Part shown: piece after piece, positions 46,953 through 56,961 of the stretch | How the letters are laid out: each line of letters opens with the position of its first letter | Numbering within the stretch: the first letter of the stretch is position 1 | Source of the DNA: Spirochaetales bacterium | GTDB taxonomy: Bacteria; Spirochaetota; Spirochaetia; JABEVK01 | Assembly: GCA_027451945.1 (NCBI GenBank) | Contig: DAIDHT010000033.1 | Span: 4,245-68,244 of the forward strand | Direction: 5' to 3' | DNA: 64,000 bases | Position numbers and translations under genes: made by a program | Notes under the pieces: generated by a model | What the model saw: only the letters and a program-made list of their open reading frames with translations | Databases searched by the model: none | What the model was told of the DNA's origin: nothing

Positions 46953-46957
46953 CTTTG

Positions 46958-47965
46958 ATGTCTATCTTTCGAAGCTTTTTGGCTTTCCTCAACCGTCGCC
47001 TGACGTGGGGAATCTTTACGGTAATGCTTCTAGGGCTAGTAGTCAGCGGACTGGGCGGGGGGATTGCCTTTAACGTGGGCATTTGTGCAACTGCCTCGTT
47101 TTTGATGATCTACCCCATGTTTATCAATCTACGGCTAGAAGACTTAGCGGAATTACCACGGCACAAGGCACCGGTCGGCTTGGCGTTATTTCTCAATTTT
47201 ATCGTATCGCCCGCCCTTGCCTGGGGGCTTTCTGCGGTTTTTTTGGCTAACCAACCCTACCTGGGGCTAGGTTTGATGTTGATTTCCCTTGTCCCCACCA
47301 GCGGTATGACGGCAACCTGGACCGAACTTTCGCACGGCAACCTTAAGGTAGCGCTCTCGATTATCGCGGCCAGTTTGGTCGTCGTAGTCGTTGGGCTACC
47401 CTTGGCCTTGCCATTTTTTGCTGGTAAGGTTTTGACGGTAGGCCCCTTATTTATTTTGGCTCGCGTGGCCCTGGTCATCGTAATTCCCCTTGTTCTGGGC
47501 GATATTACCCGGCGGTTTCTCGTCGCCAAAAAAGGCCCCGAGGCCTTTAAAAAGCTTAAACCAGTATTTTCTGGCCTGAGCTCGTTGGGACTGATGGCTG
47601 TCTTGTTTCTGATTATGGCCCTTAATACCAATAAAGCTCTCCTTCAGAGGCCAGACCTTGTGTTAACTCTTCTGCCGCCTCTGCTGTTGTACTATGGACT
47701 CATGTTCGGCCTCAGTACGCTCTTGGCGTCGCGCCTTGCCTACCCCACCCGTGTTGCGGTTGTTTATGGCACCTCAGTTCGTTATTTGGCCTTAGCCCTG
47801 GGAATTGCCGTACCTCTGCTGGGTTCAGGAAGCAATTCCAGCCTTGTTGTCCTTGCGATCGCCCTAGCCTTCTTTATCCAAGTTCCCTTCTCGTCCCTTT
47901 ATGCAAAAATCATTGTTCGATGGCACCGTCCAGAACCTGTTGAAAAAGTTCTCACAGCAGAATAA
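46958..47965 (+). CDS. ACR3-family (arsenite efflux-like) BART-superfamily transporter
   Basis: N-terminus FLAFLNRRLTWGIFTVML resembles ACR3 (LSFLDRYLTLWIF...). About 10 TM segments. The start was set at the ATG behind AGGAGG. Confidence 0.65.
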   Translation: MSIFRSFLAFLNRRLTWGIFTVMLLGLVVSGLGGGIAFNVGICATASFLMIYPMFINLRLEDLAELPRHKAPVGLALFLNFIVSPALAWGLSAVFLANQPYLGLGLMLISLVPTSGMTATWTELSHGNLKVALSIIAASLVVVVVGLPLALPFFAGKVLTVGPLFILARVALVIVIPLVLGDITRRFLVAKKGPEAFKKLKPVFSGLSSLGLMAVLFLIMALNTNKALLQRPDLVLTLLPPLLLYYGLMFGLSTLLASRLAYPTRVAVVYGTSVRYLALALGIAVPLLGSGSNSSLVVLAIALAFFIQVPFSSLYAKIIVRWHRPEPVEKVLTAE

Positions 47966-48142
47966 CAATTCTGAGTTATCGTCTACTTCACGCCCAGATA
48001 TAATCACAAAACCAAAAACTTTGTGGCGTATTTCGGGCGAGATGTAGACTATAACGTGGCAAGTTTGTGATTAAATCTGAAAAGTTTATTGACGTAAAAC
48101 TCTGGCAAAACCTGGTGGTTCCCAGCTTGGAACTTTTGCTGA

Positions 48143-49258
48143 TTGACACCATTGCACTTTAGTATAAACTTGTTCTTGGTTATGGTAATTCAGCCCCTCG
48201 TTCTTAACCTTCTTATTGTCTTCAACTGCTTGCTCTTTTTGGGTTTTGCCGTCAGCCGCGTACTCGAGCCTCATAAAAAACAAGGTCAGCTGTGGTCGCT
48301 GGCAGCCAACTTTGCGGGGGCGTTTGATTTTGGCCTTTCGGCACTCAACCATCTGCATGTGCTAGGCCCACAGGGACTTGACCCCTCTTTAGGTTTCTTT
48401 CTCGACATGGTTTGTGGCCCACTGTTGTACCTCTATTACCGTGCCTCCACAGACACTCGCTGGGCTTTGCGCTGGTACCACTGGCTTGGTCTTGTCGTTG
48501 TTGGTGTCTTCACGGCGGGGCATGTGTTGTACCGGCTAGGACACCCAGGGCCGCTACCTTTAGAACTGGATTTGCTCCTGGGCTATCTCATTTTTGCTTG
48601 GTTCATCCTCTTTCAGGTACTTTTTTTGGTTAGAACCGTGGTTCAACTGTGGCGAAAAGCCACCCCGGTAACTCGGTTTATGCTGTTTAACCTCTGTTTT
48701 GCTACCGCATGGAGCTTTTATGGACTGGTTGCCATGCTTCTTTTGACCACGCCCTATTACCGAACAATAGTCCTTTTTGGTAGCTTTCTATTTTTAGGAA
48801 TGATTCTTTTTTATCCGCTGAAGGTGGGCAGCACAAAACTCCCTGACCTTTCGCAACAAAAAGAACCTAATCCGGCACCGCTTCTTGGAGTTGATCTTCC
48901 CCGAGTGCTTCAGAAATTAGAAGAAGTCATGCGAGTGAACAAGCTTTTTCGTGACAAAGACCTCACCTTGGCCCGCTTGGCACAAACCATAAGGTTAACA
49001 ACACGGCAATTGTCCGCACTCCTCAATCAGGTCTTGGGGGTGAACTACACGCAATACGTCAACGCCTGGCGATTGGACGAAGCGAAAAACCTCCTGCTCA
49101 CCTCTCCTGAAAAAACCGTCTTAGAAATTGCGTTTTTGTCCGGTTTCGGCTCGAAAACCGCCTTCAATTCGTTTTTTGTCCGTGCCACGGGAATGACACC
49201 TCGTGAGTTTCGCCACGAGGTTCCGTTAGAGCCGGAGCTTACCGAGCTGGCAGAATAG
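48143..49258 (+). CDS. AraC-family transcriptional regulator with N-terminal multi-TM sensor domain
   Basis: C-terminal AraC HTH pair (LARLAQTIRLTTRQLSALLNQVLG ... EIAFLSGFGSKTAFNSFFVRATGMTPREFR) after six hydrophobic segments. Confidence 0.75.
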   Translation: MTPLHFSINLFLVMVIQPLVLNLLIVFNCLLFLGFAVSRVLEPHKKQGQLWSLAANFAGAFDFGLSALNHLHVLGPQGLDPSLGFFLDMVCGPLLYLYYRASTDTRWALRWYHWLGLVVVGVFTAGHVLYRLGHPGPLPLELDLLLGYLIFAWFILFQVLFLVRTVVQLWRKATPVTRFMLFNLCFATAWSFYGLVAMLLLTTPYYRTIVLFGSFLFLGMILFYPLKVGSTKLPDLSQQKEPNPAPLLGVDLPRVLQKLEEVMRVNKLFRDKDLTLARLAQTIRLTTRQLSALLNQVLGVNYTQYVNAWRLDEAKNLLLTSPEKTVLEIAFLSGFGSKTAFNSFFVRATGMTPREFRHEVPLEPELTELAE

Positions 49259-49377
49259 TTCGACTCGGTCTAGCAAGGGAATTACTACCTTTTGCCTTGA
49301 GAATTATCGAAACTTTGTTGGTGCAAAATTCTGGACTTAAACCATTTGTTTTCCTTATCCTTGAGGTGAGGTTACCC

Positions 49378-51675
49378 ATGAAAACCGAAGTTAAATCTGT
49401 TTTTAGCTTTCAAGCCCTCCTTGATTTTTGGCAAGCGCAAAAAGGCGCAGAGGCCTGGCTTAAGCTTTTAGACTTACCCGCGCCGGAAGATCGCGCTGGG
49501 TGGATGAACTATTTACAAACTCATGCTGACGCCCCTTCTGTCCGGTTGTTCTTTTCAGCGGTTATTCCTACTGCCTTCTGGGAGAGTGAAATCTCGGCTT
49601 TAGTGCCACCGTTTGAAATGGATCCTGTTTTGGCCACCCCGCGTTTTCTTTCACTGATGCGGCACAAGCGGCCACAAGACAAGGCCGATTCGGTTGAAAT
49701 GTTTTTTTGTTTTGCTTGGTCCTTTGCTCTCAGTAAACTATATCAGCGCCCTGAGCTTTTGAGCTCCGTTCACCCCATACTTTCACTGATTGACCCCGAA
49801 AGTGGGTTTACCCAGCACTTTCAGTTGAGCATGAAGACAGACTTTTTGTGGGTAAACGCCTTGAAGCCGCTCAAAGTCCTTGACGAACAGCAATGGGCAC
49901 AACTGAAAGCTGACCCCAATAACCGTGAGCTGTTGTCGCAAATGCTTCCCCCGGGGTCCTTTGAGTTTCGCGGGTTTGTGTTCCTGACCGCCCAAGATAT
50001 TACGGCGACCCGTCAAGTGTCACAGCTAAAAGAAGCGTTGCTCTTACCCTCGGCCATTACTTCAAACCTGGGTCTCTCTCAAGTCGAAACTCTCCTATCC
50101 TCGTGGCTAGAACAAAAAAATCTTAAGCTCAATATAGCGGGGATCCACGAAAACAAAGTGACGATCATGCATTCGGTCGAGTTATCACAGGCCGATTGTT
50201 GGCTTCAGGATCAACGAGAGTTTGTAACCCAAGATTTTACCGGTTCGTTGTTTGAAAAAGCCTACGTTGAGAAAAAAATGCTGTGGGTTGAGGACGTGTC
50301 AAAATTACCTTCGCCCTCAGAGTTAGAAGTCCATATGCAAAACAAAGGGGTTCGTTCGCTCCTGGTCGCGCCACTGATTTTTGAAGACCAGGTGTTGGGT
50401 ACCTTTGGACTGACCTCTGCCCAACCCGGAGCCTTGGGCGCCAGTCAAGCCGAAAAACTTCAAGAAGTGTTACCCCTGTTCGCCCTAGCCCTCCACGCGA
50501 GCTTAGAAGATTTAGAAAACCGCATTCAGCGCATCATTCAGGAACGCTACACCGCGATTCACCCTTCTGTTGCCTGGAAATTTCGCCAGGAGGCTCTGAA
50601 GTTGCTTAAAGAACAAGCTAACTGTGGCGTCGCTGAACCTAACTTGACCTTTGACGGCGTCTACCCGCTTTACGCTGCCACCGATATCCGCAATTCTTCG
50701 GTCACTCGGAACAACGCCATAGCGACCGACCTCGAATTGCACCTCAAGTTGGCCTTAAAGGTTTTACAAGAAGCCCGCCAAGTAAAGGATTTTCCCGTTT
50801 TTCAAGAGCTTCAATTTCAAGTCGAACGCTACTTGAAGCATTTAGACAACGGTCTTTCCTCTGGGGACGAAATCGGTATTCTGCACTTTTTGCGTGACGA
50901 TGTTGAAGCAAGCTTTATCGACCTGAAACACTGGAGTTCCGGTGTCGATCAGGCCTTACGCGAGTATCAAGATTCTTTGGACCCCCAGGGTCGATTTGTC
51001 TATCGTAAACGAAAAGATTTTGACGACTCGGTGGCTCGAATCAACTCGGAACTCTCTCGGCTTCTCGAAACCGAACAGGTCTGGGCCCAGGCAATGTTCC
51101 CGCATTATTTTGACAAAACGTCCACCGATGGGGTGGATTTCAACATGTATATTGGCGCAAGCCTTTCGCAACATCATCAGTTTGACCGGCTTTATCTGCG
51201 AAACTTGCGCTTATGGCAATTTATTTTACTGTGTAAAGCGGCACGCCTGAGTCACACTCTCGCCCCACAACTCCCCCTCCCCTTAGAAACCACCCATCTC
51301 ATTGTGGTTCAGGATTTGCCCATTACCATTCGTTTTCGTGAGGATGAAAAAAGCTTCTCGGTCGAAGGCGCCTACAACACCCGCTATGAGATCATGAAAA
51401 AGCGAATTGACAAAGCCGTTATAAAAGGTAGCGGTGAACGGCTGACCCAAATCCATCAAATTGCCCTCGTGTATACCCAACCCTCCGAAGCCCTTGAGTA
51501 CCGGCGGTACATCGTCTTTCTACAGAGTGAAGGGTTGTTAGAAGATGCCGTCGAAGAGTTTGAACTTGATGACCTTCAGGGAATTCATGGTCTGCACGCC
51601 CTTAGGGTTAAAGTTCGCCTCGACGGCGATCACGATACGGCAAAGCTGGTCGAACGACTTCAAGAAAACGCCTAA
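49378..51675 (+). CDS. GAF domain-containing protein (765 aa), function unknown
   Basis: Central GAF-like block (LWVEDVSKLPS...SLLVAPLIFEDQVLGTFGLTSAQPGALG). The start was moved to the ATG at 49378 behind GAGGTGAGG. Confidence 0.55.
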   Translation: MKTEVKSVFSFQALLDFWQAQKGAEAWLKLLDLPAPEDRAGWMNYLQTHADAPSVRLFFSAVIPTAFWESEISALVPPFEMDPVLATPRFLSLMRHKRPQDKADSVEMFFCFAWSFALSKLYQRPELLSSVHPILSLIDPESGFTQHFQLSMKTDFLWVNALKPLKVLDEQQWAQLKADPNNRELLSQMLPPGSFEFRGFVFLTAQDITATRQVSQLKEALLLPSAITSNLGLSQVETLLSSWLEQKNLKLNIAGIHENKVTIMHSVELSQADCWLQDQREFVTQDFTGSLFEKAYVEKKMLWVEDVSKLPSPSELEVHMQNKGVRSLLVAPLIFEDQVLGTFGLTSAQPGALGASQAEKLQEVLPLFALALHASLEDLENRIQRIIQERYTAIHPSVAWKFRQEALKLLKEQANCGVAEPNLTFDGVYPLYAATDIRNSSVTRNNAIATDLELHLKLALKVLQEARQVKDFPVFQELQFQVERYLKHLDNGLSSGDEIGILHFLRDDVEASFIDLKHWSSGVDQALREYQDSLDPQGRFVYRKRKDFDDSVARINSELSRLLETEQVWAQAMFPHYFDKTSTDGVDFNMYIGASLSQHHQFDRLYLRNLRLWQFILLCKAARLSHTLAPQLPLPLETTHLIVVQDLPITIRFREDEKSFSVEGAYNTRYEIMKKRIDKAVIKGSGERLTQIHQIALVYTQPSEALEYRRYIVFLQSEGLLEDAVEEFELDDLQGIHGLHALRVKVRLDGDHDTAKLVERLQENA

Positions 51676-51699
51676 CTCAAGGCAGGAGCTTAAAATCCC

Positions 51700-52248
51700 C
51701 TAGCAGGCTACCAACGTCAGCTGGTTCTCTAAATCCGCTAAAAGCTTTTCGTAAAAAGCCTCTAGCCCTGCTTTTTGAGCCTCTTCGGCCGTCTGATATT
51801 CTTGAAGAATCACCGACTTTTCAAAATCGGGCAAACCCTCTTCGGCCATGGGGTACAACACATTGTCTTCTTTATAGATGTGCCCGGTGAGGTGCTCTCC
51901 CCAGTCTTGGGCGTAAGCAAGCGCGTTATCGCGGTTTTGAGCCTCGATAGCTTGAAGTAAACCCGCTGTCAAAGCCCGACCTTCTTCGTGGTCAAACAGC
52001 ATAACAGGAATTGGGTTGCAGTGCGTCAGCACCCCTGGTTCCTCTAAATGACGAAAAAGAATGTCTTCTTCTTTGGCGTGGTGATAACGATCGGCATAAG
52101 TTTTAATAAAATCGACAATCTGTCGTAGAGCTGAAAAATGTTGGGCATCGTTGACGCCAGGCTCCCACGTGTTAGCCATTCGTCCTATCAAAGCAATGTA
52201 GCGTAAAAACAGCTGATGCTCTTGCATCAGTTTCTTGGTAACGTCCAT
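51700..52248 (-). CDS. hemerythrin-like (HHE cation-binding) domain protein
   Basis: H..E/H...E pairs (HFSALRQIVDFIKTYADRYHHAKEEDILF ... HEEG ... HIYKEDNVLYP) typical of hemerythrin-like di-iron domains. Confidence 0.7.
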   Translation of the reverse strand: MDVTKKLMQEHQLFLRYIALIGRMANTWEPGVNDAQHFSALRQIVDFIKTYADRYHHAKEEDILFRHLEEPGVLTHCNPIPVMLFDHEEGRALTAGLLQAIEAQNRDNALAYAQDWGEHLTGHIYKEDNVLYPMAEEGLPDFEKSVILQEYQTAEEAQKAGLEAFYEKLLADLENQLTLVAC

Positions 52249-52302
52249 AAGCTCCTCCGTTTCGGTACAAGGTCAGCTTAATGGCCTTTCAAAAGGTTTT
52301 CC

Positions 52303-52316
52303 TTGACCAAGATCAA
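52303..52316. promoter_or_regulatory. FNR-type box TTGAC-CAAG-ATCAA upstream of the hemerythrin gene
   Basis: Read directly. It is centred about 61 bp upstream of the hemerythrin start codon and matches TTGAT-N4-ATCAA at 9 of 10 positions. Confidence 0.45.
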
Positions 52317-52375
52317 GAAAACTCAGGAATTTTTGCGATGTTTTGGGGCACAAAGTCGGTGGACGCAAAAAGGCT

Positions 52376-53020
52376 CTACGTCGCCGCCCCTCGAAGCCGT
52401 GCACACGAAACGACCTGAAGCGTGCTCCCCTCGATCTCAAGGAGATTTTCGTCCTCAAGCTGACGAAATACGCGTGAAAGCGTCTCGGGAGTCATCCCCA
52501 GCTCTTGGGCAATTTCTCGTTTCTTTTTAGGAAAGGGAAAACGACAGTGCGAAAACTTGCCAGGACAGCCGTTGTGAGCAGGACACAAACTAAGAATATA
52601 CTGGACAATTCGTTCGCGAGCCCCAAGAATGGTTAACTGCTCGATCCGTTTGTTGAGTCGTAAACATTTTTTGGCTAAAAGTCTCAAAAAGAAAGCACTT
52701 ACTTCACTGTCACTATTTTTTAAAATTTCATCGCGATGAATCTGTACCAACCGACAGTCTTTGGTAACAACCGCCTGGGCAGGGTACGTGCTTTCGGCAA
52801 ACAACAAAGCCTCGGCACACCAATCACCGGCAGGGATTTTCGTCAGTTCTACTTCATGGCCCGACGCAGACAACAACCGCAACGATAGCTCACCGGCTTC
52901 CACATAAAAGCAATAGGAGGCGGGGTCCTCTTGCAGAAACAAAATCGTTCCTGCCTCAAGTTGACGCCGCCGACCTAACCCAGATAAGGCGACTGGTAAA
53001 GCCGAACCCAAGCTGTCCAT
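52376..53020 (-). CDS. Crp/Fnr-family transcriptional regulator (cNMP-binding type, FNR-like DNA specificity)
   Basis: cNMP-binding beta-barrel followed by the HTH REIAQELGMTPETLSRVFRQL. The E--SR recognition residues match FNR-type rather than CRP-type (RE--GR). No N-terminal Cys cluster. Confidence 0.8.
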   Translation of the reverse strand: MDSLGSALPVALSGLGRRRQLEAGTILFLQEDPASYCFYVEAGELSLRLLSASGHEVELTKIPAGDWCAEALLFAESTYPAQAVVTKDCRLVQIHRDEILKNSDSEVSAFFLRLLAKKCLRLNKRIEQLTILGARERIVQYILSLCPAHNGCPGKFSHCRFPFPKKKREIAQELGMTPETLSRVFRQLEDENLLEIEGSTLQVVSCARLRGAAT

Positions 53021-53042
53021 CGGTTTGTTTTTTTCCTTGACC

Positions 53043-54458
53043 TTACATCACCCGATAGACCAAAAAGTTTTCTTGGTCGGGCGAGACAATGCCATCCCAG
53101 CTTGCCTCGGGAGGGTTCCGTTTAAAAAAGATACAGCGTTCCATGTACCGCGCTGCCACAGGGTCATCCGGATAGGCGTCCAGACTGCGGGTTAGTGACA
53201 AAAGTGCTTTGTCCCACTCGCGGGCTTTGTAAAAGGAAATCCCTGACAACAAGAACGGGTACGCATTGTCTTTACTCTCTACGGTGGCCTTATCGTCGAA
53301 GTCGTACACCTCGTAGATCACCTCGGGAGTCTCGCGTCCTTTAACCCGAATCGAGTCGACTTCACGAATCTTGTACTGACCTGGGTCGGCTAAAGCATGA
53401 AAGGTCGACTGACTAATCAAGATTCGGGTATGATAAAGCTTAGTGAGAGTCTCAACACGTTTAGCGACAGATACCGGGTTACCAATACTGGTCGAGTCCA
53501 TGCGCGATACAGACCCTACGGTGCCGATGACGACATTGCCGCTCGAGATACCCATCCCTACTAAAATCTCTTTTTGACCGCCGAAGCGTCGGGTTTCATT
53601 GAAACGAATCAGGTGTCGTTGAATGTCCAGGGCAGCCTGCACCGCATCATCAGCGTGCTTATGATCAAAAATCGCCATAAACCCATCGCCCAGGTACTTA
53701 TCGATGGCTCCATTATGAGCTTGAATGATGTCGTTCATCTCGGCCAAGTAATCATTCAAGAACCCCGTAATCTCGTTTGGCTCCAACCCTTCGGCTAACG
53801 TGGTAAACGACCGGATATCGAGAAAAAGCACACTAGCTTCGCAGGTTTCGGCTTCGCCCAACCGGATTCTTTCGATGCCTTCCCGCGTGATACGTTTGAG
53901 GTACTTTGGGGGGACAAACAGCTCAAAGGCCTTCATCGTGCGGTGTAGCTTTTCGTAGGCTAAAGCGTTTTCGATGCTGATCGCCATTAGTGAGCTGAAC
54001 GCTTCTAACTCATCGACATCATTGGCGGTAAACTCGCCGCCTCCGACCTTATTCAAAACCTGGACCACCCCGATGATGTTGCCATCTTTGTTTCGAATTG
54101 GCATGGTCAGCAAAGCCTGGGTACGAAACCCTGTCTGCTGGTCAATCTCGCGATTAAACCGGGGGTCGGCATAGGCATCGACGATATTCACAGTTTCGCC
54201 GGTCCGAGCCGCATACCCGGCCAAGCCTCGGTCCACAGCAAAACGGATCTCTTGAATTCCTGAACCCGAAAAAACCTTCGAGTATAGTTGCCCCCGTTCT
54301 GCATCAATAAGGAACAAGGTGCTCCGCTGTGCCCCAACGACCGAGCAAGTTTCGGCGATAAGAGTTTGAAGAAGGGAGGTAAGATCAAGCTCAGTCATAA
54401 TGCGCTTGGTCGCCTCAATCAACTTTTGATGACGTTTGGAATGGGAAATCTCTGACAC
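53043..54458 (-). CDS. GAF domain-containing class III adenylate/guanylate cyclase with C-terminal TPR-like region
   Basis: N-terminal GAF (DAYADPRFNREIDQQTGFRTQALLTMPI), cyclase domain (ASVLFLDIRSFTTLAE, YLGDGFMAIFD, GMGISSGNVVIGTVGS) and a C-terminal helical repeat. Confidence 0.85.
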   Translation of the reverse strand: MSEISHSKRHQKLIEATKRIMTELDLTSLLQTLIAETCSVVGAQRSTLFLIDAERGQLYSKVFSGSGIQEIRFAVDRGLAGYAARTGETVNIVDAYADPRFNREIDQQTGFRTQALLTMPIRNKDGNIIGVVQVLNKVGGGEFTANDVDELEAFSSLMAISIENALAYEKLHRTMKAFELFVPPKYLKRITREGIERIRLGEAETCEASVLFLDIRSFTTLAEGLEPNEITGFLNDYLAEMNDIIQAHNGAIDKYLGDGFMAIFDHKHADDAVQAALDIQRHLIRFNETRRFGGQKEILVGMGISSGNVVIGTVGSVSRMDSTSIGNPVSVAKRVETLTKLYHTRILISQSTFHALADPGQYKIREVDSIRVKGRETPEVIYEVYDFDDKATVESKDNAYPFLLSGISFYKAREWDKALLSLTRSLDAYPDDPVAARYMERCIFFKRNPPEASWDGIVSPDQENFLVYRVM

Positions 54459-54488
54459 GAACCGCCCCCCTTCTCTTATCGGCCTTTT

Positions 54489-56927
54489 TTAGCCTTGCAC
54501 AACAATATTAACAAGTTTGTTTGGCACTGTAATAATCTTGACAATTGTCTTGCCTTCAGTCAGCGCCGTGATCCGAGAATCGCGCCGTGCTAGCTCTTCC
54601 ATCTGCGCTGGGGTTAACCCCGCAGGCACGGTCAGGCGGGAACGAATCTTGCCGTTAATTTGAAACACCATTTCGATCTCGTCATCCTGACAAAGGGCCT
54701 CGTCCCACACTGGCCAAGCCTCGTGTGAAACGCTGGGTTTTTCGCCCAACCTTTCCCAGAGTTCTTCTGCTAAGTGCGGAGCGTAGGGCGAAAGCAGGAT
54801 CACAAACGTCCGCCACAGGGAACGGGGGAACGAGGTAAAGGTGTCCGCTTCGTTCAAAAAGACCATCATCGCACTAATCGCGGTATTAAAGCTCAAGCTC
54901 TCGGTGTCTTGGGTAACTTTTTTGATCGTTTTGTGCAAAACCTTGAGTTGCGCCTTGGTGGGAGCTTCGTCGGTAAACGAGGCTTCACCCAGGCGCCAGA
55001 TTCGGTTTAAGAACCGTGAGGCGCCAGCCACCCCGTTGGTGTTCCACGGTTTTGAATCTTGCAGGGGCCCCATGAACATCTCGTACACCCGCAAGGTGTC
55101 CGCACCGTATTCGCGAACAATCTCATCGGGATTGACGACGTTGCCCGTACTTTTTGACATCTTTTGGCCGTTCTCGCCCAGGATCATGCCCTGGTTTACC
55201 AGTCGTTGGAACGGCTCGGGGGTAGCCACCAGCCCCAGGTCAAACAAGACCTTGTGCCAAAAGCGAGCGTACAAAAGGTGTAAGACAGCGTGCTCGGCCC
55301 CGCCGACATAAAGGTCGACGGGCATCCAATAGGCAACTTTGTCGGGGTCAGCAAAGGCGGTTGTATTCTTGGGGTCAAGGTAGCGCAAATAATACCAGCA
55401 GGAACCAGCCCACTGCGGCATGGTGTTCGTCTCGCGCTTGGCGGGTTTTCCACACACCGGGCAAGTCGTGTTGACCCAGCTGTCTATCGCGGCCAGCGGG
55501 CTTTCGCCTGTTCCGGTCGGTGCATAGCTTTTCACTTCAGGCAACCGAAGTGGGAGTTCACGTTCTGACAGAGGCACAATGCCATGTTCAGGGCAGTGAA
55601 CCACAGGGATGGGTTCGCCCCAATACCGCTGGCGACTAAAGATCCAGTCGCGCAGTTTGTAGTTGACCGAAAGACGGCCCCGTCCCTCTTTTTCGAGCTT
55701 GGCCGTTACAGCTTTCTTAACCTTTTCGCTGGGTTGGCTGTCAAACTCGCCTGAGTTCACCATCACGCCGGGACCTGTATAACATTCGGTGAGCGTCTCG
55801 GGCTTGCCGGTGGGTGAAATCACAGGAATGACCTCAAGCCCAAACTGACGGGCAAACGCCCAGTCACGCGTATCATGAGCAGGAACAGCCATGATGGCAC
55901 CAAAGCCGTAACCGGCAAGAACATAATCCGAAATCCAAATAGGAACCCGCTTTCCATTCACAGGGTTGATCGCGTAGGCACCGGTAAAGACACCCGTCTT
56001 CTCTTTGGCCAGGTCCGTCCGCTCAAGGTCGCTCTTGCGACGAGCTTGATCTTGGTAGTCGTGCACGGCGTGTAGCTGTTCGGGTGTTGTTATCTTGTCG
56101 ACCAGCGCATGGTCAGGAGCCAACACCATGTAGGTCACCCCGTAAAGGGTGTCTGGCCGGGTTGTAAAGATCCAAAAGGATAGGGGCTTGCCCGTCTCAT
56201 CACGAAGATTTTCGACTTCGAACAAAACGTCGGCGCCTTCCGAGCGGCCAATCCAGTTCCTTTGCATTGTCTTAATGCTCTCGCTCCAGTCTAAAAGATC
56301 GAGATCTTTTTCGAGGCGATCGGCATAGGCGGTAATCTTGAGCACCCACTGACGCAGGTTACGACGCTCGACCACCGTTCCACAGCGGTCACACTTGCCA
56401 TCGACAACCTCTTCGTTGGCCAAGCCCGTTTGACAACTGGGACACCAGTTAATGGGCATCAAGGCTTCGTAGGCCAGCCCTTTCTTAAACAGTTGAAGAA
56501 AGATCCATTGGGTCCAGCGGTAGTATTCGGGGGTGTGCGTCGAAACCTCGCGGTCCCAGTCGTACGAAAACCCCAAGCTTTGGATTTGCTGGCGGAAGCG
56601 GTCGATGTTCGCTGTTGTGGTTGCCTCGGGGTGGGTTCCTGTTTTAATTGCATAGTTTTCGGCAGGTAACCCAAAGCTGTCAAAACCCATGGGGTGAAGA
56701 ACATTGTACCCCTGATGACGGCGAAAGCGGCACCAGATGTCGGTGGCGGTGTAGCCCTCGGGGTGGCCGACGTGGAGACCTGCCCCCGAAGGGTACGGGA
56801 ACATATCCAGAACGTAGAGTCGTTTGTCCTCGGGTACCGATGGGTCCTCGACCGCACGAAAAGTCTTATTCTGGGCCCAAAAGTTTTGCCACTTGGGTTC
56901 AAGCGTTTCATAGGGATACTTGCTCAT
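54489..56927 (-). CDS. leuS: leucine--tRNA ligase
   Basis: 812 aa with the HIGH motif ([16 protein letters not shown]), KMSKS ([11 protein letters not shown]) and the CP1 editing domain. Unambiguous class I LeuRS. Confidence 0.95.
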   Translation of the reverse strand: MSKYPYETLEPKWQNFWAQNKTFRAVEDPSVPEDKRLYVLDMFPYPSGAGLHVGHPEGYTATDIWCRFRRHQGYNVLHPMGFDSFGLPAENYAIKTGTHPEATTTANIDRFRQQIQSLGFSYDWDREVSTHTPEYYRWTQWIFLQLFKKGLAYEALMPINWCPSCQTGLANEEVVDGKCDRCGTVVERRNLRQWVLKITAYADRLEKDLDLLDWSESIKTMQRNWIGRSEGADVLFEVENLRDETGKPLSFWIFTTRPDTLYGVTYMVLAPDHALVDKITTPEQLHAVHDYQDQARRKSDLERTDLAKEKTGVFTGAYAINPVNGKRVPIWISDYVLAGYGFGAIMAVPAHDTRDWAFARQFGLEVIPVISPTGKPETLTECYTGPGVMVNSGEFDSQPSEKVKKAVTAKLEKEGRGRLSVNYKLRDWIFSRQRYWGEPIPVVHCPEHGIVPLSERELPLRLPEVKSYAPTGTGESPLAAIDSWVNTTCPVCGKPAKRETNTMPQWAGSCWYYLRYLDPKNTTAFADPDKVAYWMPVDLYVGGAEHAVLHLLYARFWHKVLFDLGLVATPEPFQRLVNQGMILGENGQKMSKSTGNVVNPDEIVREYGADTLRVYEMFMGPLQDSKPWNTNGVAGASRFLNRIWRLGEASFTDEAPTKAQLKVLHKTIKKVTQDTESLSFNTAISAMMVFLNEADTFTSFPRSLWRTFVILLSPYAPHLAEELWERLGEKPSVSHEAWPVWDEALCQDDEIEMVFQINGKIRSRLTVPAGLTPAQMEELARRDSRITALTEGKTIVKIITVPNKLVNIVVQG

Positions 56928-56961
56928 AGAAAACTATTTTAGCCGAGCGTTTGATTGGGGG

